Shown: piece by piece, positions 27,612-37,697 of the stretch
Position numbering within the stretch: the first letter of the stretch is position 1
Layout: each line of letters begins with the position of its first letter
Assembly (NCBI GenBank): GCA_964604195.1
Contig: CAZRXW010000001.1
Coordinates: forward strand, 2,358-66,357
DNA length: 64,000 bases
DNA from: an uncultured Bdellovibrionales bacterium
GTDB taxonomy: Bacteria; Patescibacteriota; Minisyncoccia; Moranbacterales; UBA1568
Direction of reading: 5' to 3'
Notes under the pieces: model-generated
Databases searched by the model: none
The model's input: the letters and a program-made list of their open reading frames with translations, nothing else
What the model was told of the DNA's origin: nothing
Program-made: the position numbers and the translations under genes

Positions 27612-29435
27612 ATGGAAAAAGGATCTCCTAGCCAAAAATATATTCGTAACTTTTGCATTATCGCCCATATTGATCATGGGAAGAGTACTTTTGCTGATCG
27701 ACTTTTGGAACTTACCCAGACGATTGAGAAGCGTCAGATGAAGGAGCAGCTTCTCGATACGATGGACCTAGAGCGTGAACGAGGGATTACTATCAAACTT
27801 CAGCCGGTAAAAATGAAGTATACCCTAGACGGAAGTGAGTATACGCTCAACCTTATTGATACCCCGGGGCATGTTGATTTCCATTATGAGGTTTCACGAT
27901 CACTCGCAGCAGTGGAGGGAGCAATTCTTTTGGTTGATGCCACCAAAGGAGTTCAAGCTCAGACGCTTGCCAATCTCTACCTTGCCATTGAACAAGGACT
28001 TGAAGTAATTCCAGTAATTAACAAGATCGACCTTCCGAATGCTGAAATTGATAAGGCAAAAAAAGAAATTATTCATGTACTTGGTTGTGCTGAAGACGAC
28101 ATCCTTTTGGCATCAGGGAAAACGGGAGTGGGGGTTCAGCAGGTATTGGAAAGAGTTATCATGCGAGTGCCTTGCCCCAAGGGAGATTTATCAGCCCCGC
28201 TGAGGGCACTCATTTTTGATTCGGTCTATGACACTTATAAAGGTGTAGTAGCCTTTACTAAAGTTGTTGATGGTAGTGTTGAACGAGATACTCCTTTGCA
28301 TTTTTTAGCGACGAGTGCAGAAACTACTACTGTAGAGGTGGGACATTTTCGACCAAAACTTACCGCTGGAGAGAAACTCTCAGCTGGCGATATTGGCTAC
28401 ATTGCGACTGGCCTCAAAACCATAGCCGAGTGTCGAGTGGGCGATACTATTACGCTGAAACTTCGTGAGCGGGATCCAGTAAAAGTGGAGGCACTTCCTG
28501 GATATACTGAAATTAAACCGGCAGTTTATGCGAGTTTGTATCCAACAGATGGTGAAGATTATGGGTTTATGCGTGATGCACTTGAGAAACTTAAACTCAA
28601 TGACGCGGCCTTTGTTTTTGAACCTGAGAGCAATCAGGCGCTCGGACGAGGGTTTCGCTGTGGCTTTCTTGGTCTTCTTCATCTTGAAATTATTCAGGCA
28701 AGACTTGAACGAGAGTTTGGTCTTGTCCCAACTATCACCACACCCTCGGTGGTGTATCAGATGAAAATTGCTGGCCAAGAGGCGCTTGTTGATCTGTATT
28801 CTCCGACAGATATGCCGGATCCAAGCATGATAGAGGAGATCTTTGAACCCTATGTAGCACTTTCAATTATCACGCCAAGTGAGTATCTCGGGAACGTCAT
28901 GGAGCTCGGCCAATCCATACGGAGTATATACAAAAATACCGAATACATTGATGCTGAGCGGGTTTTGCTTACCTTTGATGCTCCACTTATGGATGTAATC
29001 GTTAATTTTCATGACGACCTCAAGAGTGCTTCTTCGGGATATGCGTCCATGAACTATGAACCGATTGGCTATCGTGAAAGCGATGTGGTGCGACTTGATA
29101 TTTTGGTAGCTAATGAAAAAATTGAAGCTTTTTCTCGAATGGTTCCACAGCGTCTTGCTCAACATGAGGGAAAGAAGACTGTTGAGAAGCTCAAGAAAGT
29201 TTTGCCCCGACAGAATTTTGCCGTAGCCCTTCAGGCAGCTATTGGTGCCAAGGTGATTGCTCGCGAAACCATATCGGCTTTTCGTAAAGATGTGACTGGT
29301 TACATGTACGGAGGGGACTTCTCTCGTAAAAAGAAACTTCTTGAAAAACAGAAGGCTGGGAAAAAACGTATGCAGGCAACGGGGAGAATGACTATCCCAC
29401 CCAAGGCATTTCTCGAGATTCTGAAGAATCAATAG
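27612..29435 (+). CDS. lepA: elongation factor 4 (LepA)
   Basis: IRNFCIIAHIDHGKST G1 motif. DTPGHVDF. LepA-specific C-terminal domain; 607 aa. Confidence 0.9.
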   Translation: MEKGSPSQKYIRNFCIIAHIDHGKSTFADRLLELTQTIEKRQMKEQLLDTMDLERERGITIKLQPVKMKYTLDGSEYTLNLIDTPGHVDFHYEVSRSLAAVEGAILLVDATKGVQAQTLANLYLAIEQGLEVIPVINKIDLPNAEIDKAKKEIIHVLGCAEDDILLASGKTGVGVQQVLERVIMRVPCPKGDLSAPLRALIFDSVYDTYKGVVAFTKVVDGSVERDTPLHFLATSAETTTVEVGHFRPKLTAGEKLSAGDIGYIATGLKTIAECRVGDTITLKLRERDPVKVEALPGYTEIKPAVYASLYPTDGEDYGFMRDALEKLKLNDAAFVFEPESNQALGRGFRCGFLGLLHLEIIQARLEREFGLVPTITTPSVVYQMKIAGQEALVDLYSPTDMPDPSMIEEIFEPYVALSIITPSEYLGNVMELGQSIRSIYKNTEYIDAERVLLTFDAPLMDVIVNFHDDLKSASSGYASMNYEPIGYRESDVVRLDILVANEKIEAFSRMVPQRLAQHEGKKTVEKLKKVLPRQNFAVALQAAIGAKVIARETISAFRKDVTGYMYGGDFSRKKKLLEKQKAGKKRMQATGRMTIPPKAFLEILKNQ

Positions 29436-29488
29436 GTTTTGACAGCTTTCTATTTGTCGGGTAGGGTAGGGGCATTGTCTGCATTCTG

Positions 29489-29779
29489 GTGGAGCGACAC
29501 ATGAATGATCGACATGATGAATTGAGGCGTTACTTGGAAAGGGAGGCAGAACTCAGACGGGCGTGGGATGATCTTTTGTCGGCTATTACGACTCGTTTCT
29601 TTGCTGATCGGCCCTCTGGAGGCCGTTGGACTGAAGAGGAGTTACTTCAGGTAATGCGGCAGCTTACCATTATGGTAAGGCAGTCAGATTGTTCTGGGGG
29701 ATCCCTGTCGGCTTTTGGGAAGGGCGATTTTCCTGAGCCGAGCATTCTGCCTCATCGTGGAAGTGACCCTGGCTCCTGA
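29489..29779 (+). CDS. hypothetical small protein (weak call)
   Basis: 96-aa ORF, moderately GC-richer than neighbours, no motif recognised. The region could alternatively be non-coding. Confidence 0.3.
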   Translation: MERHMNDRHDELRRYLEREAELRRAWDDLLSAITTRFFADRPSGGRWTEEELLQVMRQLTIMVRQSDCSGGSLSAFGKGDFPEPSILPHRGSDPGS

Positions 29780-29869
29780 GGGATGTGATGACTGTAGCAA
29801 CAGGCCACATCCTTTCTTTTTTTACAAAACCGTTCTAAAATGGAGGGGTAATTGTCAAGTTATTTTTGT

Positions 29870-30184
29870 ATGGCCATGGAATTTACGAAGGAGAATTTTG
29901 ATGCTGAAGTTTTGAAGAGTGACAAGCCAGTGCTTGTGGATTTTTGGGCGCCATGGTGTGGGCCTTGTCAGATTATGGGGCCAGTGATTGACGAATTGTC
30001 TCAGGAGCTTTCTAATGTAAAAATTGGGAAACTGAATGTTGATGAACATCCAAGCATAGCTCAGGAGCACGGTATTATGTCTATCCCTACGATGAAAGTT
30101 TTTAAAGGAGGGCAGGTAGTGAAGGAATATGTTGGCACTCAATCAAAGGACTCTCTCAAGAGTGAGTTGTCAGCGCTTGCCTAG
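29870..30184 (+). CDS. trxA: thioredoxin
   Basis: FWAPWCGPCQ active site; ~105 aa; ATG 29870. Confidence 0.85.
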   Translation: MAMEFTKENFDAEVLKSDKPVLVDFWAPWCGPCQIMGPVIDELSQELSNVKIGKLNVDEHPSIAQEHGIMSIPTMKVFKGGQVVKEYVGTQSKDSLKSELSALA

Positions 30185-30242
30185 TTAATCCTCAGTGGAG
30201 TCGGTTTGAAGTTAGTTCAAAAAATATCAAAAGACATTGTGT

Positions 30243-30683
30243 ATGAAGATTCATAAAGAGCGGATTGATGTTGAGAGTAAATCTCAGATAGAGTTTATTG
30301 ACATCACAGAATCTGTACAGGATGTTATAGATCGCTCAGGCATTCGTGAGGGACAAGTCTTGGTGTACGTCCCGCACACCACGATGGGAGTAGCTATCAA
30401 TCATCATGAAACTATGCTTCTTCAGGATTTTATGCGTATTTTGTATCGCATTGTTCCTGTCGACGATCAGTATAGTCATGATTTGTTTGAACTTCGCCGG
30501 GAAGGCGGTTCGGATGGTCGATCCAATGGTCACTCGCACTGTAAAGCTATTCTCCTGGGAAACAGTGAAGTGATTCCTGTTGAAAAGGGTAAACTCCTCC
30601 TTACAGAGCGTCAGAATGTTTTTGCGGTGGAGTTTGATGGTGCTCGCAAGCGAGACGTAGTGATTCAAGTTACTGGTTACTAG
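30243..30683 (+). CDS. YjbQ/UPF0047 family protein (secondary thiamine-phosphate synthase-like)
   Basis: LVYVPHTTMGVAINH...GNSEVIPVEKGKLLL..Q.VFAVEFDG.R.R pattern characteristic of YjbQ. Confidence 0.7.
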   Translation: MKIHKERIDVESKSQIEFIDITESVQDVIDRSGIREGQVLVYVPHTTMGVAINHHETMLLQDFMRILYRIVPVDDQYSHDLFELRREGGSDGRSNGHSHCKAILLGNSEVIPVEKGKLLLTERQNVFAVEFDGARKRDVVIQVTGY

Positions 30684-30690
30684 AATTTTC

Positions 30691-31734
30691 ATGGAAACCC
30701 CTTCCTTTTTGTCGTACATGACGAGGCTTTTTGTTTGGGTGTTTGGTGTGATTCTGCTTTTAGGTGGACTGGCTTTTTGGTATTGGAGTGGACAAGTTGA
30801 TACTTCACATGGGTCCCATAAGGAAACCATGGTATTTGCTATCAACAAGGGTGAAGGAGCAACAGAGGTTGCTGAAAATCTCGAGCAATCAGGGCTTATT
30901 GAAAGTAAGCTTATTTTTCTCTATTATGTCATGCGCTCTCGGCTTCAGGATAAACTTCAATCGGGAGAATATCAGTTGTCGGGTACTATGTCGATTCCCG
31001 AGATAGTCTCTCGCTTTACTGAGGGTAAGGTGATTCCTCCTGGGGTGAGGGTGACCTTTCCTGAGGGGTTTACCTTGATTATGATGGCCGAACGACTCAA
31101 TCAGAATAAATTACCTGGTGATGACTTTTTAAAGATCGCCACCAGTCCGTATCCAAAATGGCGTGAGAAATTTTCTTTTTTGCAATCAGTTCCTGCAGGG
31201 AAGAGCCTTGAGGGATTCTTGTTTCCGGATACATATATTTTTCCGCAAGAGGCTACTGCCGAGCTTATCGTTCATGAGTTACTTCAAACATTTGAACGAA
31301 AGGCCTTACCACTCTTTCAACAGTATCAGGGAGGGACCGCTCTTTCCTTTTACGAAAGCCTGATTTTAGCGAGTATTATTGAAGAAGAAGGAAAAAATGC
31401 TGAAGAAAGGAGAATTATTAGTGATATTTTTTTGAAGCGATTGAAAATTAATCAGCCACTTCAGAGTGATGCTACGGTAAACTATGCTTTGGGTACTAGC
31501 AAGATGCAGCCAACTTTCAAAGATATAGAGACGGATTCTCTTTATAATACCTACAAGCATTCTGGATTACCACCTACGCCTATTGCGAGTCCAGGCCTTG
31601 ATTCTGTTCGTGCTGCACTCGATCCAATACCAAATGATTATTATTATTTTCTGAATAATCTCAAGACCGGGGAAACGGTCTTTTCTCGGACTTTTGAGGA
31701 ACATGTTGCCAATAGGACGAAGCATGGTTTGTAG
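30691..31734 (+). CDS. mltG: endolytic murein transglycosylase MltG (YceG-like)
   Basis: N-terminal TM and YceG domain containing the LQSDATVNYALG signature. Confidence 0.8.
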   Translation: METPSFLSYMTRLFVWVFGVILLLGGLAFWYWSGQVDTSHGSHKETMVFAINKGEGATEVAENLEQSGLIESKLIFLYYVMRSRLQDKLQSGEYQLSGTMSIPEIVSRFTEGKVIPPGVRVTFPEGFTLIMMAERLNQNKLPGDDFLKIATSPYPKWREKFSFLQSVPAGKSLEGFLFPDTYIFPQEATAELIVHELLQTFERKALPLFQQYQGGTALSFYESLILASIIEEEGKNAEERRIISDIFLKRLKINQPLQSDATVNYALGTSKMQPTFKDIETDSLYNTYKHSGLPPTPIASPGLDSVRAALDPIPNDYYYFLNNLKTGETVFSRTFEEHVANRTKHGL

Positions 31735-31748
31735 TAATAACCAAAAAC

Positions 31749-32717
31749 ATGTCGTGGACCCCTCGTCAAAAATTAAGCATAGGCCTTCTCGTAGTTTTAG
31801 CACTTCTCAGCTCACTAGCTTGGCAGATAGTGGAGAGAGCTGTTCTTGTTGAGGAAGCGAGTAGTTTTCTTCTCCCAGCATTTGCTCTTGGGTTGACCAT
31901 GGCAACTCTTTTTTTGGGCTCTTTGATATGGAAGGAAAAAGGCTTGATGGCGTTGGCTGCCGCATTCATGGTGATCCCTAGTTTATTTGTGGCGATATCA
32001 CTCGTCCATGGCATTGTTCTCTTGGTTGCTGCTATGGTTATCTATTTCGGAATAAGGCGGATCCATTCTGATATGGTAGAGCGAATTCATATCGCTGTCA
32101 GAAGGAGTCTTTTGGTAGGTATGGGTATGGTGTTTCTCGGAGTTAGTCTCTTGCTTTCCAGTCAATACTATGTACATGTACAACAACTTTCTTGGGAGCA
32201 ATTGGTACCAAGTTTTAATTTAGCTGATGGGGTAGGGCCAATTGTCCTCAAGGTCATAACCCCGCTATATCCAGAGATTGGTCAACTTGCGAATGATCAA
32301 GTGACAGTAGATGGTTTTTTGCAAGATGTTCAAAAACGTGAGGGGGGTACGTTACTTGATTCGATGCCTCTTGCTACCCAGAGGATTTTTTTAGAACAGG
32401 AACTAAAACGGACAAAAAAACAGTTGGGCGATCTTTTAGGTCGAGAGATTGTTGGTAATGAAAGTATGCAGTCGCTTCTTTCTGAGGCAGTACATCGAAA
32501 AACAATAGCTTTTTTTTCTGGAGAGCAGGCACATTTGCCTGTACCAATTCTTCCTTTTTTCCTTTCGATACTACTATTCTTGACAGTGTATCCTATTATG
32601 AATTTTCTCGCCCCAATACTTGTCGTGGTGGTGGTAATTCTTTTTCGGTCTTTCCGATTGTTGCACTGGCTAGATATCCGCCAAGAGAAGGTTGAGCAGG
32701 AGGTTTTGGTGGATTAA
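31749..32717 (+). CDS. hypothetical polytopic membrane protein
   Basis: At least 6 TM helices; no conserved motif recognised. Confidence 0.45.
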   Translation: MSWTPRQKLSIGLLVVLALLSSLAWQIVERAVLVEEASSFLLPAFALGLTMATLFLGSLIWKEKGLMALAAAFMVIPSLFVAISLVHGIVLLVAAMVIYFGIRRIHSDMVERIHIAVRRSLLVGMGMVFLGVSLLLSSQYYVHVQQLSWEQLVPSFNLADGVGPIVLKVITPLYPEIGQLANDQVTVDGFLQDVQKREGGTLLDSMPLATQRIFLEQELKRTKKQLGDLLGREIVGNESMQSLLSEAVHRKTIAFFSGEQAHLPVPILPFFLSILLFLTVYPIMNFLAPILVVVVVILFRSFRLLHWLDIRQEKVEQEVLVD

Positions 32718-32786
32718 GGTGGCAAAAGAAGGAGGGTTGACATTCTATCGTTAGCACTCAATAATAGAGAGTGCTAATATGTTTTT

Positions 32787-33881
32787 ATGGCAGGAAAAGA
32801 TTATTATTCAATTCTCGGGGTTTCCAAGACAGCTTCTCAGGATGAGATAAAAAAGGCATACCGGAAACTCGCTCATACTCACCATCCTGATAAACAGGGT
32901 GGTGATGAAGCTCGTTTCAAAGAAATTAATGAGGCGTATAGCGTATTGGGGGATTCAGAAAAACGTCGTCAATATGACCAGTTCGGTTCCTCTTTTGGCC
33001 AAGGGGGGTTTTCTGGACAGGGAGGAGCGGGTAATTTTGGAGGGTTTGATTTTTCGGGGTTCGGTGAGCAGGGATTTAATTTTGGAGGAGCAAATTTTGA
33101 AGACCTTTTTACCGACATTTTTACTGGTGGCCGTAGCGCTGGTCATCGTGAAGCTCGTGGTCAAGATATTCAGGTGGATGTCGAAATTTCTTTTGAAGAA
33201 ATGGTTCGGGGAGTTAAGAAATCAATTTCCTTGCGGACGTATATTGCCTGTGACACTTGTCAGGGAAATGGTGGGAAACCAGGCAGTAAGGAGGTAAAAT
33301 GTACCACCTGTGACGGTAATGGTCAGGTGAAAAAACAGGTCAGGACTATTTTGGGTGTTTTTACACAGGTAGCACCGTGTGATGCTTGTCATGGGCGGGG
33401 GAAAAAATTTGCTGAATCTTGCCACGAATGTCGTGGGAGTGGGCGAGTTCAGAAGGAGCGATCACTTGAGGTAGCTATTCCTGCTGGTATTGAGAATGGG
33501 CAGGCACTTTCCCTGAGGGGTGAGGGTGAGGCTGGTGGTGTAGGTATAAAGCCAGGTGACCTTTTTGTGGTAGTGCATGTAAAACCCCATGCTGATTTTC
33601 AGCGGAGAGGGGATGATATCGTTTCTGATTTACGAGTAAAATACAGCCAATTAGTGCTTGGTGATAAAGTTGATGTTCCCACTTTGGAAAGGTCTGTTTC
33701 TATGAAAATCCCTGCTGGGACTGAGCCGGGAGAGGTTTTCCGGATCAAGGGTGGTGGTATTTCTCGGGTCTCACGCTTTGGAAAAGGGGATCATTTGGTG
33801 CGAATTTTATTGGAAATTCCCAAGAATCCAGCGAGTAGTGTAAAACGAATTATTGAGTCGCTTCGTGAAGCCGGGCAGTAG
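32787..33881 (+). CDS. dnaJ: molecular chaperone DnaJ
   Basis: J-domain with HPD (HHPDK). G/F-rich linker. Four CxxCxGxG zinc-finger repeats. C-terminal domains. Confidence 0.9.
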   Translation: MAGKDYYSILGVSKTASQDEIKKAYRKLAHTHHPDKQGGDEARFKEINEAYSVLGDSEKRRQYDQFGSSFGQGGFSGQGGAGNFGGFDFSGFGEQGFNFGGANFEDLFTDIFTGGRSAGHREARGQDIQVDVEISFEEMVRGVKKSISLRTYIACDTCQGNGGKPGSKEVKCTTCDGNGQVKKQVRTILGVFTQVAPCDACHGRGKKFAESCHECRGSGRVQKERSLEVAIPAGIENGQALSLRGEGEAGGVGIKPGDLFVVVHVKPHADFQRRGDDIVSDLRVKYSQLVLGDKVDVPTLERSVSMKIPAGTEPGEVFRIKGGGISRVSRFGKGDHLVRILLEIPKNPASSVKRIIESLREAGQ

Positions 33882-33920
33882 GGGTTTCTCTCGAGTTGCG
33901 GTATACTGAGGGAGAAATTA

Positions 33921-34481
33921 TTGAATGTTTACCCTATGTCAGACGAACGTCGTATTTTGGTCGTTGATGATGATGATGAAACTCGTGGCGCTTATGTTGA
34001 CTATCTGAAGGAAGCTGGCTTTAGTGTGATTGAGGCAGTCAACGGATTGGATGGGTTGAATAAGATAAATGAGAGCCGTCCAGATCTAGTTTTGACAGGT
34101 ATTATCATGCCGCAGCTTGATGGTTTTGGTTTGGTTGAGGCACTCAAAAAAAATATCTCAACAGCAACAATCCCAGTGGTATTTCTTTCTCATCTTGGTC
34201 GTCAAGAAGATGAATCCCGAGCGAAAGAACTCGGAGTAAACGATTTTATTGTTCGCGATGTAACGCCCCTTCCAGAGGTGGTTTCACGGATTAGGGCATT
34301 TTTCGGTTCAACGGAATACCTAGTGGCTATCGATCCTACTCTGTACGACGGGTTAAAGTTCGCTCGGGATATGGCCCTCCCGGATAACTATCTCTGTGAG
34401 ACCGGTGAGCGTTACGTGCTTCGTATTCGATTGACTGATACTACGCGTAAACATCTCTCAGCAGAGATTATTTGTGCCTAG
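33921..34481 (+). CDS. response-regulator receiver domain protein with uncharacterised ~60-aa C-terminal domain
   Basis: TTG start with good SD (GGGAG 6 nt upstream). RILVVDDDDE...DLVLTGIIMPQLDGF...K REC fold. The C-terminal part (DPTLYDGLKFARDMALPDNYLCETGERYVLRIRL) has no recognised family. Confidence 0.6.
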   Translation: MNVYPMSDERRILVVDDDDETRGAYVDYLKEAGFSVIEAVNGLDGLNKINESRPDLVLTGIIMPQLDGFGLVEALKKNISTATIPVVFLSHLGRQEDESRAKELGVNDFIVRDVTPLPEVVSRIRAFFGSTEYLVAIDPTLYDGLKFARDMALPDNYLCETGERYVLRIRLTDTTRKHLSAEIICA

Positions 34482-34498
34482 CTCTAGAGGAGAGGTAT

Positions 34499-36199
34499 AT
34501 GGCCGAGCTTCGTTGGAAGTTCCTTTCTGATTTTGTTCCAGAACATCCAGAGGGAGTAGAAAATGTCTGGCAATCGTTACTTGCTCAGCGTGCGTCAAGA
34601 GATGACGAGCGCCGCTTTTTGATGCCTGACTATGATCGTGATATGTATGACCCATTCCTCTTTCGGGATATGGAAAAAGTAGTAGCGCGTTTAGGAGAAG
34701 CGAGAAAAAAAGGTGAGCGAGTTGGAGTCTTTGGTGATTTTGATGCTGATGGCGTAACCTCATCGGTTTTATTTCGTGAAGCACTAGAGGCTCTTGGGGT
34801 GGCGGCGGAAGTATATATTCCTCACAAGATACATGAGGGCCATGGATTGAGTACCCAAGCCATCCGGCATTTTCAACAAGCGGGGGTTACTCTGGTAGTA
34901 ACACTTGATTGTGGCATGATGAATCATGAGGAAATCGAGCAGGCTCTTGAGGCGGGAATGGATACTATCATCATTGATCATCATCACGTGCCGGAGGTTT
35001 TGCCAAAAGCCTTGGCTATTATTAATCCCAAGCTTCCCAATGAACAGTACCCCTTTCACGATCTTTGTGGCGCCGGTACAACATTTAAGGTGGTGACAGC
35101 TCTCTATCATCGCTATCTCCCTGATCGAATAGGAGAGCTAAAATGGCTTTTGGATGTTGCAGCCATAGGTACGGTGGCCGATGTTATGCCACTGGTTGGT
35201 GAAAATCGAGTACTTGTAAAGTACGGGCTTTTGGTGTTGGCAAAAACAAGACGGGTTGGTCTCCAAGAGCTTATTGCTGTTGGGAGGATTCCTATGGATA
35301 ATGTAACCCCTCCCACAGCGAGGTTGATTGCTTTTCATATCGCCCCTCGAATCAATGCTGCTTCTCGTATGGCCCATGGAAAGCTAGCGCACGATCTTCT
35401 TATGGAACGAGATAGAGTGAGGGCGAGGGGGTTGGCTTTGGAACTTGAGGCGTATAATGTAGCTCGTCAAAAGCAAAGTCAAGAAATTACCGAGCTTGTC
35501 CTGACATTAGCAAAAGAAAAATATCATGATCAGAAATTTATCTTTGCTGCTGGAGAAGAGTACCCTCTCGGTATTGTTGGTCTGGTAGCAGGAAGAGTAG
35601 CTCATGAAATTGGAAAACCAACTTGTATTCTTCAAACCGCGGGAGAGGTAAGTACAGGTTCTTTTCGGAGTATTCCAGGGCTGAGTATTATTAAAGTTCT
35701 GGAGCAGTGTGGGGATATACTTGAGAAGTTTGGTGGTCATGATCAGGCAGCGGGGATGACTATTCGAAATGACAATCTTGTATCATTTTACAATCGCTTC
35801 AATGCTTTAGTGGAGGAGGCTTTACAAGGAGTCGAGACAAAGCCAGAGCTCCTTATAGATCGGGTACTTCATCCTGATGATATATCGCTGGATTTAATTC
35901 AGCGATTAACATCATTGGAACCATTTGGGGAAGGGAATCCTGAACCAGTGTTTGCCCTGAGAGGAGTTCGTTTAGGAGCAGTGCGAAAAGTAGGCAAGGA
36001 TGAGAAACATTGGAAGCTCTCCGTTGATCGAGCGAGACTACATCCGCCTTTGGATGTGGTAGGCTGGTCACTTGCTCTAACGTATCCAGATTTGCGCCCA
36101 GGAATGGAGGTTGATCTTGCTGGTACAATAGCGATAAATAGTTGGAATGGGAGAGAGAGCGTGCAGATGGTTCTCAGAGATATACAGGTGCTTAATTAG
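34499..36199 (+). CDS. recJ: single-stranded-DNA-specific exonuclease RecJ
   Basis: DHH motifs (GDFDADGVTS, DCGMM, IIIDHHH), DHHA1 domain and C-terminal OB region. Confidence 0.85.
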   Translation: MAELRWKFLSDFVPEHPEGVENVWQSLLAQRASRDDERRFLMPDYDRDMYDPFLFRDMEKVVARLGEARKKGERVGVFGDFDADGVTSSVLFREALEALGVAAEVYIPHKIHEGHGLSTQAIRHFQQAGVTLVVTLDCGMMNHEEIEQALEAGMDTIIIDHHHVPEVLPKALAIINPKLPNEQYPFHDLCGAGTTFKVVTALYHRYLPDRIGELKWLLDVAAIGTVADVMPLVGENRVLVKYGLLVLAKTRRVGLQELIAVGRIPMDNVTPPTARLIAFHIAPRINAASRMAHGKLAHDLLMERDRVRARGLALELEAYNVARQKQSQEITELVLTLAKEKYHDQKFIFAAGEEYPLGIVGLVAGRVAHEIGKPTCILQTAGEVSTGSFRSIPGLSIIKVLEQCGDILEKFGGHDQAAGMTIRNDNLVSFYNRFNALVEEALQGVETKPELLIDRVLHPDDISLDLIQRLTSLEPFGEGNPEPVFALRGVRLGAVRKVGKDEKHWKLSVDRARLHPPLDVVGWSLALTYPDLRPGMEVDLAGTIAINSWNGRESVQMVLRDIQVLN

Positions 36200-36232
36200 C
36201 TTGGTGAGTGCATTTTCTGGTACAATATTCCT

Positions 36233-36673
36233 ATGGAGAAGATTATTGTCTATACCGATGGTGGGTCGCGGGGTAATCCGGGGCCAGCGGCTCTCGGTGT
36301 CTATATTGAGACGCTTGGTAAGCGTTTCGGGGAGTTTTTGGGTGAAAAGACAAACAATGAGGCTGAGTATGCAGCCATTGTGGCCGCTTTGAAAAAAATA
36401 AAGTCACTGGTAGGGAAGGAAAGGGCTAAGCAAGTTATTGTAGAGTGTCGAATGGATTCGGAGCTTGCCTGTAGACAACTGAATCATCAGTACAAGATAG
36501 AGAATGAGAGATTGCAGCCATTGTTTTTGATGGTGTGGAATTTAATGCTTGATTTCAGTGGAGTGGAGTTTATCCATGTGCCGAGAGAACAAAATACTAT
36601 GGCTGATGCTGAGGCTAATAAGGCTATGGATAATGCGACTCGACCAAGTTTGGTACAACAGCAATTACTGTAA
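36233..36673 (+). CDS. rnhA: ribonuclease HI
   Basis: IVYTDGGSRGNPGPAALG ... TNNEAEYAAIVAAL ... catalytic DEDD arrangement of type 1 RNase H. Confidence 0.85.
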   Translation: MEKIIVYTDGGSRGNPGPAALGVYIETLGKRFGEFLGEKTNNEAEYAAIVAALKKIKSLVGKERAKQVIVECRMDSELACRQLNHQYKIENERLQPLFLMVWNLMLDFSGVEFIHVPREQNTMADAEANKAMDNATRPSLVQQQLL

Positions 36674-36679
36674 GAACTT

Positions 36680-37693
36680 ATGACTCTAAAAGGAAAAATT
36701 TTCAGTATAATTCTCTTCGCACTTATTGTAGGTGGGGGGTATTGGTGGTGGAGTGGTCGGCAGCAGGGTGAAGCTATTCCGACAGAGACAGTAACTCGAG
36801 GAACAGTGAGTGAGACGATCTCTATAACAGGTGAAGCGGTGCCACAACAGTACGCGGATCTCTCGTTTAAGAGCGTCGGTCTTATTGAAACAGTTTGGGT
36901 GGCTGAGGGAGAGCGAGTAAAAAAAGGAGATCCTCTCATGCAGCTCGATCGAGAGATGCTTCTTCAACAGCTTCGATCTTCTCAAGCGACGCTTGCTATT
37001 GCGGAAGAAAATGAACGTCTTGCTCGCCGAGATTGGTCAAGTCTTGCCCCTGAGGAACGAGAGGCCAAGGTTCTTTCGAGTGAGAAGGCTCGAGCAGACG
37101 TTGCTGTTATTCGCAGTCAGCTCATGGAAAGAGTGCTCAGGGCGCCTTTTGATGGGATGGTTACCAAGGTTTCTCAGAGAGTGGGTGAGGTGGTTATGGC
37201 TGGCACTCGAGTAGTACGTATTGTTGGATATGATGCAACGGGAAATATTCCTTTAAAAATTGAGGCTCAGATACCAGAGTCTGATGTAGCTAAAGTGAAG
37301 ACTGGTATGCGTGGAGAGGTCACTTTTGATGCCCTAACAAATGATGAGATTTTTTCTGTAGAAGTAAAGGATATCGAACCAAGCGCAACAGTAGTGCAAG
37401 ACGTAGTTTCTTATATGGGTACTTTTTCTTTTCTCCAAGCATCAGATGCACGGTTGCGTGATGGTATGACGGCAAATCTTGATATCGAGACTGGTTATCG
37501 AGAAGGGGTTTTGGTACTGCCGTTTCGTACTATTGTTCGAGAAGAGGGCCGTTATTTTGTGGAGGTTGAAGAGAATGGGGCTTTTGTAAAACGGGTGGTG
37601 AAGATTGGACTTGAAGGCGATGAGGGAGAAGTGGAAATAATTGAAGGGGTACGTGAGAATGATCGAGTCAAAATGAGTGTTAAGAGTGAATAG
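36680..37693 (+). CDS. efflux transporter periplasmic adaptor subunit (HlyD/MacA family)
   Basis: N-terminal TM, biotinyl/lipoyl-like and coiled-coil hairpin, beta-barrel domains; upstream of MacB-like ABC genes. Confidence 0.75.
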   Translation: MTLKGKIFSIILFALIVGGGYWWWSGRQQGEAIPTETVTRGTVSETISITGEAVPQQYADLSFKSVGLIETVWVAEGERVKKGDPLMQLDREMLLQQLRSSQATLAIAEENERLARRDWSSLAPEEREAKVLSSEKARADVAVIRSQLMERVLRAPFDGMVTKVSQRVGEVVMAGTRVVRIVGYDATGNIPLKIEAQIPESDVAKVKTGMRGEVTFDALTNDEIFSVEVKDIEPSATVVQDVVSYMGTFSFLQASDARLRDGMTANLDIETGYREGVLVLPFRTIVREEGRYFVEVEENGAFVKRVVKIGLEGDEGEVEIIEGVRENDRVKMSVKSE

Positions 37694-37697
37694 GGTT

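Noticed and set aside
29436-29870. Possible structured RNA (tmRNA/SRP RNA/riboswitch) in the lepA-trxA spacer
   Set aside because: No tmRNA tag-reading frame or tRNA-like 3' end, no SRP domain IV motif and no recognisable riboswitch core were seen. It was kept only as a weak 96-aa hypothetical ORF.
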